Assembly: GCA_034780895.1 (NCBI GenBank)
Contig: JAUZTB010000065.1
Coordinates: forward strand, 14,077,795 to 14,141,794
Reading direction: 5' to 3'
DNA length: 64,000 nt
DNA from: Rhynchobatus australiae
Lineage: Eukaryota
The position numbers were made by a program, and so were the translations under genes. This document shows positions 56,302-64,000 of the stretch, in pieces (the stretch's first letter is position 1; the number at the start of each line of letters is the position of its first letter). Below the pieces are notes generated by a model, which had not been told where the DNA came from, did no database searches, and saw only the letters and a program-made list of their open reading frames with translations.

Positions 56302-56484
56302 TTATGGGATGGTGGTGGAGGCAGGTACATTGGTCAAATTCAAGAGATTGTTAGATAAGCATATGGAGGAATTTAAGATAGGGGGATATGTGGGAGGAAG
56401 GGGTTAGTCAGTCTTAGGCGAGGTTTAAAGTTTGGCACAACATGGTGGGCCAAAGGGCCTGTATTGTGCTGTACTGTTCTATGC
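56302..56484 (+). mobile_element. Young-looking CR1 3' end inserted into a Deu-domain SINE
   Basis: Clean tail ggcacaacatggtgggccaaagggcctgtattgtgctgtactgttctatg; tatgc at both junctions. Confidence 0.7.
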
Positions 56485-57554
56485 CCTCTCAGATGGGCTC
56501 AAAAGATCCTGTGGCACTATTTCAATGAAGGGTTGGGGAGTTTCTCTCAGTACTTCTATCAACATTTATCCTTCAAAAGAAATCAATGAAAAAAGATTTT
56601 CTGGTCACTATTTTATTGCACTTTGTGGGTATTTGCTTTTATGAAATCGACTACCTTGTTTTATACATCATAACAGTGATACACTGCAAAATACATTTCA
56701 CTAGTTAAAATGGGATGTCATAAGAGAGTGAAAGGCTCCATGTAAATACAAGATCTTTCTTACTGGGTCATGGAATGGAAGAACCTCTGTAACTGAAACC
56801 TTTGCCTTCAGCTGGACTGGATAGTCCTTTTCAACTTGACAAGAAAGGTGAATCACTGCTGGATGATGTGGTACACAGGAGGTTTGGTCCATGAACTCTA
56901 CTACTCAACAGATTAGTACTAAATGTGCATGGCCTCTCAGACAGGCTGCAATAATGCACAATGGCCAAAGCATTGATAATGGTCACTAAAACAGCAAATA
57001 TAAAGTTGGCAGAGTCCAGGGACACAAACCTCCCAGATGATTTCATGTCAAATCCTCAGGCCATCATATTCCTTGCTGCAAACTGAGGCCAACTTCAATG
57101 CCATCCATGAGACAGCAAGTCCATAAGCAAGGAAAAGGCAGCCTCTGGATCTATCAAAACACTTCAGTCAATAAGTCATGTTTTGAGAGAATGGTCACTG
57201 TTGAAATGCTAACATGCATAGCAACATGATAATGACCAGGTATCTGTTTTAGTGACCTTGATCAGGATATTGGAACAAACCCTATTGTTTTTCTTTACAA
57301 CAGAGGCACTGGGATCTATTACAACCACAATAAAGGGCAGATTTCTTCTGAAAGGCAGCACCTCAAACAGAGTGGGAACGTCAGCTCAGACAATGGGCTC
57401 ACGTTTCTGAAAAGGGACATGATTTGACAATTTTCTGACACAAAGGTAAGTACTATGTAAGAAGGGAATACTATTCTACAGCATAATATGAAAGACTGCT
57501 GTGTGAACCCACTTGCAACTTAATCTCTAATCAATTCAAAGTCTGCACACTTAC

Positions 57555-57692
57555 TTTCAAAAATGGAGATTCTTCCAACATATCAAGAAACTCTGGGAAG
57601 TAATCTCCAACCTCTTCATCCACTGCCCCCACCAAGCTGATCTGTCTCATTGGGCCCGCTCTGTATGTGCCACAACAGTAAGTCCGTGAAAC
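57555..57692 (-). CDS. RSBN1: RSBN1 exon, VSRTYCCGTYRAGPMRQISLVGAVDEEVGDYFPEFLDMLEESPFLK
   Basis: 138 nt, aatag acceptor and gtaagt donor; absent from the ORF track. Confidence 0.95.
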
Positions 57693-58854
57693 CTATTTGG
57701 TAGAGAGAAAACAATTCAGTTAACTGTTCCTAGGAATAAAGTGTAATTGCCCACAGATGAAAGCTACTCAATAAAGAGGCATTTATCCATCATTCAATTC
57801 AGATAGGCAATGCTGTTTCACCCATTTCATTGAGTCATACTACACAGATGGTTACTTTGTCAATTGTGCCTGTGTCAGCTTTCTAAAGAGTTCCACACTC
57901 TCCTCCTCTTTCCCATAGCTTTGCAGGTTTTTCCATTTCAAGTATATTTCCAATACCCCTTTGAAAAATTTTAAACCTGTTTCCGTCACTTTTTGGCANN
58001 NNNNNNNNNNNNNNNNNNNNNNNNNNNNNNNNNNNNNNNNNNNNNNNNNNNNNNNNNNNNNNNNNNNNNNNNNNNNNNNNNNNNNNNNNNNNNNNNNNTG
58101 GCAATTCATCCTAGATAAATTTGATTGTAGCCAACATTCCACAGGCTGTCTCAGTACAGACAACAGATCCCCACTACTTTTTCAAGAGCACTTAGGGGTG
58201 TACACTATATGCTGGTCTGGTCAATGATGCACAAATCTCATAATTGAATTGAAATAAATCATAACCTATTGCATAAAAAAAAATCACCTGGCTGCTTTGC
58301 CAATTCCCTTAAACATGTGAACTGAATTAACTTCTCTGCACAGTATTAAACAGACCTGTGGTCTGTAATGTTTGTTTTGTAACCAGGTGCATTAGTGATG
58401 CACAAAAAAGCTTTTAAAAAATGTGGGCCAAGGTGATGTTTGATATGGAGATATTAGATTCATCCTCTTAAGTTGTTCCCATCATAATAAGGACTTGTGT
58501 TACTCAACCAAAACAGCTTTCTCCAGTACACTGCTGGGTTATAATCCCTACAGTACAAAATTATTATCAAACTACTCACATGTACTTTTAAACTTTACTG
58601 AAATAATGTGACAGCATCTGTTTTATAAAAAGTTCATTTTTTTACCAACTTGCAAACATTTTTCTGCTTCAGCCTAGCTTGATAATAAATCAAGGAAACA
58701 TGCTGTGTTTAAAAAAAAATCTCACATACCTGGTTCTTTTGCCAATTACCTTAAATTTGGAATGAAATTAAATTGAAACACGATCAATCCCACTTAAATG
58801 ACTGGCTGCTCACCAGGAACACAATTTAGATGTACTTTACTCAATTCACTTCGA

Positions 58855-59200
58855 GAATGTAGGTATCAATGATCAATGGTGAGGTCAGTATTTATGGCCC
58901 ATCTTTAATTGCCTAGTGACTTGATAGGTCATTTCAAAGGACAATTTAGAGTCAACCACATTTCAGATCTGACTTGGGAATATCAAAGGCCAACATTCTT
59001 CTCAAAAGACTGTTAGTGAACCCAATGGATTTTTAATGACCAATTGGGTCATTACATAATCACCATTAATTACATTTTTATTTCAGATTTATTTAATTAA
59101 CTGAATTTAAATTCCTCATTGTTGTGAAATTTGAACTCATTTCTGGATCACAAAATCTAAGCTTCTGGACAGCTATTCCCCAGCTTCCCAGGCTGGTAAC
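58855..59200. repeat. Degraded interspersed repeat, likely LINE-derived (gcatttattgcccat..agagtcaaccacatt..ctgaatttaaattcc family)
   Basis: Similar copies near 30140, 37045, 47840 and 59910. Confidence 0.55.
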
Positions 59201-60494
59201 CACAACAGCTGGTGGCAAACAGAATGCTCATCTATTTGGTTGGGACAATTCTGACTTACAAAAATCAAATTCAAGCCCTGTGTCTACATACTGCAGGAAC
59301 AGCATGCGTGTCCCCTCCAGAGCTGCAAAAGGCATTTCCTCTCAGTGACTCCCAGATGAGGCAGCAGCAGCTCCCAGCCATAATATTGGCTTGACCATGT
59401 CTCCAACCTTTTTTAAAAAATTGTCATGCATTGCATCTTATCATTTTGAAAAGCTGGTCAGCATAATGACCTAGTTACTACTCTGAAGAACAAATTCTAC
59501 AGAAAGAATTACAGACCAGTGATGTTATATAGTACTCAGTATTAGGCAGGAGGGTTTGAAGAACTGTCTAAACTCTGCAGCTGCAATCACTAAAACAACT
59601 GAGGCTTTAAGGCCTGAGATAAAAATTAAATACAGTCAATATCCCTACAAGGTCCCTGATTAGGTAGCTAATGCAATTTCTTCTAGCCACGTTTCCTACA
59701 GTCAGGGTATAATCTGAATAAATTCATCTCTCCACTTCCAGAGGTTATTCATTGGATTAATCAAAAGTACACATAGAAAAACATCAAATTTGACCCAAAA
59801 GAACTTAACAAATCAGTTTTCTTCAAGGTCAAGGAATACAAGGTTCAGGTGGAAAAGTGGAACCAAGGTTGGGGACAGAAACTACATGGACTGTGGGGCT
59901 TAAGTTTTTTTATTCATTCACTGGATGGGGATGTTACCAGCCATGCCAGCATTTATTATTTGTCCTTAATGGTCCTTGAACTGAAGTGGCAAGTCACACT
60001 TTGTGGGCCTGATCATATATAGGCCAGACTGGATAAGGAATGCATAGTTCCTTCCCAGAAGGATACTAATGAAATAAGTGGGTTTTTAATGACAATCCTG
60101 TGGTTTCCTACTGCTGTTCCTACTTCTTACGATGTGATCACTGAAACAGCTGTACTATACCATACCCACAAGAATCTCAACTCTCTCATGTTGTTGAGCC
60201 AAAAAGTTCCCTTAGAACCCACAGAGATTCATCAACATGATACTAAAAGCCTGAGCTAGCAATGAAAAATTGTACATTGTGCTACAAAGAAAGAGAAAGG
60301 TATTTTCAGCACATCTAGCAAATCCCAGTGTCAAGAAAAAAGAATCTCCATGAATTGTCACAAAAACTTTGCTACTTTCCAAAAAATCTCTTTTACCTCT
60401 ATCAAATTGTATGTTAGCGATCTAGCTTAGTACTTCCAATTTGCTACTATCTAGCTCTCTGGAAATAATTTGCTATTAGTATGAGCAAGGTAAA

Positions 60495-60815
60495 CAACCC
60501 TAAGGGGGCTGGATAGGGCAGTGGTTGAGGTGGGAGAGTGACGAACAAGGGAACATAGCCCAAAATAAGGGGTCAGTCATTTAAAACTGAGGTGCACAAA
60601 CATTCTCTCCCTTAGAGGGCAGTGAATCTCTGGAATTCTCTGCCTCCAAGACTGGTGAAAGCCACATCATTAAGATGGAGACATAAATATATTTGAGAGA
60701 TTGAGGAACTGAATTAATGGGGAACTGGCAGAGGAAAAGTTGAGGCCAGCATAGATCAGCCATGATCATATTGAATGGCAGGGTAGGCTTGGAGTCTGCT
60801 GGCTTGTTCTTGTGT
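60495..60815 (+). mobile_element. CR1-type LINE 3' fragment
   Basis: KGLDR..RTREHSPKIRG..FKTEV..RAVNLWNSL remnants and gatcagccatgatcatattgaatggc tail. Confidence 0.7.
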
Positions 60816-63800
60816 TCAGCCTCAGCCAGATGACAAACAGGCCATAGGAAGTAATCAGTTCTGTTGTGTTCCATTCTCTCCACAGGATGGTGCTGGAGTC
60901 ACATGCAGATTATTTATGAACCGAAGCATTTAACCAGTTTCGCAAAAAGTTGGGCAGAATTTCTAAATTAATCCTGAAACACTGGTTTAAATGTCCTCAA
61001 AGAACATTAATATTTCTGATTGCATCAGTGTAAACCAGTGGCCTCCATCACAGGACTTCACTCTTTGTCTAAGATTTTGACACTAGCTCAGTCAAATTTT
61101 TTTTTGATAATACTCCTGCAAGGCATCATGGGATGCTTGTACACCACGTTAAACCTACTGTGAAAGTGTAAAGCAGCTGAACAGCATAAAGCCGAGACAG
61201 GAAGGGAACTAAAATAGAATAGGGTGAAAAGAATAATTTGGGTGGGGAATGCTGGAGTGTGGGACACAATGGAGAAAATGGCTTCCCACTATGCTGCAAG
61301 ATTTGCTATCACAACCACACAACTGAAACGCATGAAAAATCTTTACTTCTGAAAGTAAATCTGAGCTTCATGCTCCATTTTCTTTGCATTATTTTACATA
61401 AATCAAATCAAGCTGGAACTCCAATATCAGCAGATAAGAGAAAAAAACCATATGAATTATGATGAATACAAATTAAAGGGAACCCAGGAGAAATTACAAG
61501 ACACTCATCCAAATCAAGTTACAGGTTCTTCAACTTGCGTCCTCAAGTACCTGAAGAGCTATGAATTTCATACTTTTGCTCTACTTTCTGCTCGAATGTT
61601 TGGTGGTATATTACCAAATAGTTTCAATAGTAGGTGCAATGTTTTTAAACTTTGGAGGCTGGCCCTACCTTTCCGTAATTTGCATTGGAGTGTGCCAGAA
61701 TTTACACGGTCCTCCAAGGACTTGCCAGTATTGATAGGGAATCCTGTGGAGTATATTAGTATTTATTGGTGGCTCAAGGGAAGCAGGTCAATATGAAGCA
61801 GAGAGGAGTTTCACCAGAAGTGTGTGAGTATTCATAGGTGATATCTAGGAATATTTTAGCATTAATGATCCCAGGAAGTCACCTTTGAGAGGAAAGTTTC
61901 TGGGAAGTGTCAGTCTTTACAATTGGTCTTCAGTAATACACAGCCAAGGTATATCAATAAACACTATGTGTGCAGCTGCTGGAGTTCAAAACAATCTGCA
62001 TATCTGTGGGGGATCTCTCTGACATTTCCCATGTCTGTAAACTTTAGCAGTAAGAATCAGCCTTCTTGCTAAAGGTAAAGCTTTCAAACTTTACCCACAT
62101 GCAGCTGAGCTGGACTCCAGTGGGTTCTGTATCCAGCAACCAGTACTGGGTAAACATCAAATACAGCAGTTCATAAACTGGCACCAATCTACTCTGCTCA
62201 ACCAAACTGCAAGCCGGTGATGGATTGCAATCATGCACACACATACAAAACAATAATCAATAAACCCTCAACCTCCAGGAAGCTGCAGCCAGACAACAGT
62301 TCAGTTGCATTCCTCAGTACTCCAGTAGTGGGCCATGTTTGATATTGTGACCTGTAAACAGAGCCACTTGAAAGAAGTTTTCTCTCAGTATGTCATGGAA
62401 GAATATTGGACAGGTTATTGTTCTGCCTCAAGCATTGTGTTCAATGACCTGCAATCAGCAGATTGATGTGCAGCCTCACCCAGATATTAATAGTTGAGAC
62501 GCAACTCATTTCATACCATTTGTGAACTGCTGTTAAAATACTGCAAAGGATCAGCTAAATTATAGTCAAAGGTCAGCCCTTACAAGTCAGAACAAATCTC
62601 CCAGCTTTGTTGGGAGGAATAGAAGAATATCTGGGAAGCTGCCAACAGTAAAACTTGTCATGGTACAGCTGAACTCTACCAGACAGCTGGCCCAGGTGCA
62701 GTTGTTTACTGCAGATTCCTTGGTAATAAGTCACTTATTCAGTTAAAATAAGAAGCGACTGCACCTCCAAGGGTTATATGATGACATTACAAAGTTTATA
62801 TTCCCAAGAACATAAAGGGCTGATCAGACTGAAATTTTCAAGAAACTGATGGTTTGATGAAAAGAAGCATGGTCACCGATGGAGGAGTCTACAACATGGG
62901 GACATAAACCTAGTTTATGCAGAAGCATTAGGAACACAAAGAGAAGAACAGTGAAGCCCTACAAAATGTGCAATTAATTTTAATTCAGAAATTGATACAA
63001 TTTCACGGCATGAGAGCATGACAACAGAGGCAAGGCAATTGATGGTGAAAATTAGCTATAATCACACAGTATGGTGAAACATGCTATTGTACCAAAGGCA
63101 TCAAGGGATATGGGGAAAAGCTGAACTAAGAGGATCAGCCATTAACGTACTGAATAGCAAAGCAAGCTTGAAAGGCCAAAGGCCTTGCTCCTGCTCTTAT
63201 TTTTCTATGTCTACCTTTATCAGTATATACTTCCGACAGTATTTGCTTTATCATTTAATGGCTCCATTGGGATGGATTCATCAAATATCTACTAGGGTCA
63301 AGTAGTTCTGAAAATTTTAAGGGAGAACTAGGTAAGGGAGATTTTTGTTTTGTTCATTGCAGCCTTTTCTGGTGCTATTTTTTTAGTACAGATTTAAGGG
63401 ATGCTGCACTGCAAGAGGTTTAACTTTCAGATGAGACTTTAAACTACCTCACCAGAGATAAACATTCTCTTGGTAAGATTCAGAGGCAGGGAACTTTCTT
63501 CGTGTCCTATCAAAAATTTATCCTTCAACTACAACAGATTGTCAAGTTTTGGATCTCATTGCATTTTGTAAAGGCTTACTGTTGTGCACAAATTGGCAAC
63601 CTTTTGACTTAACATAGTACATCCTTGGCTGCAACATGCTTTTGGGTATCCTGAGAATGCAAAAGATGGCATAAAAATATTATGTTGCTTTCTAACTCAA
63701 AGCATAAAGATGTTAAGCCACGAACAGCACTTCACTTTGGAGTCAGAATGCTATGGATTCAAGTCTCACGCTACACAATTGAGCACAAAATCTAGTCTAA

Positions 63801-64000
63801 CAGATTAACAGAAGTGACGGAGAGCCAAACTGTTAGGCATGGCATCTAATGGATGAGACAAGGCCCCATCTTCCCTCAAGATGGCTCAAAAAAGGCTCCA
63901 TGGCACTACTTGAAAATGGTTCCTGGTTTACCAGGCACTATCATTCCTCAATTAACATCACCAAACTGCCTGATTATTTATCTCATTGCTCTTTATGGGA

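Larger units (their letters stand above)
48574..57692 (-). other. RSBN1: RSBN1 gene, 3' portion (round spermatid basic protein 1, lysine demethylase 9 family); upstream exons not found in the window
   Basis: Five phase-consistent exons nearly identical to recalled human RSBN1 (MTLPWGTLS, SDDGPIMWVRPGEQMIPTADMPKSPFKRRR, SMNEIKNLQYLPR). Confidence 0.9.

Noticed and set aside
57693-64000. Search for the next upstream RSBN1 exon or a nested gene
   Set aside because: Only degraded LINE/SINE fragments and short ORFs with no recognisable homology; the upstream exon probably lies beyond the window

Overview
Vertebrate nuclear DNA from a draft assembly with many N gaps. The repeat content (CR1/L2 LINEs, a V-SINE, Deu-domain SINEs, Penelope-like elements) suggests a cartilaginous fish, probably a ray-like batoid (inference). 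The window carries the conserved MAGI3-PHTF1-RSBN1 block. (1) The 3' half of MAGI3 lies on the + strand: 10 internal coding exons from 1095 to 13201 covering the last three PDZ domains, a stop-containing cassette exon at 13535-13619, and a GC-rich terminal exon at 15385-16058 with AATAAA at 17891. (2) An apparently complete PHTF1 lies on the - strand: 17 coding exons, ATG at 33768, stop at 19153, CpG-island promoter near 34.4-34.7 kb. (3) The last five coding exons of RSBN1 lie on the - strand (57692 to 48574), followed by a long 3' region. Exon boundaries were read by hand from GT/AG sites and phase continuity and compared with human protein sequences recalled from memory, not aligned. I see no clearly novel multi-gene system. 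The best second-look items are the MAGI3 alternative C-terminus, the 3' CpG island, a duplicated palindromic POU/MORE-like motif in the PHTF1 promoter, a candidate internal PHTF1 start exon, a shortened PHTF1 mid-region, and nested retroelement insertions.
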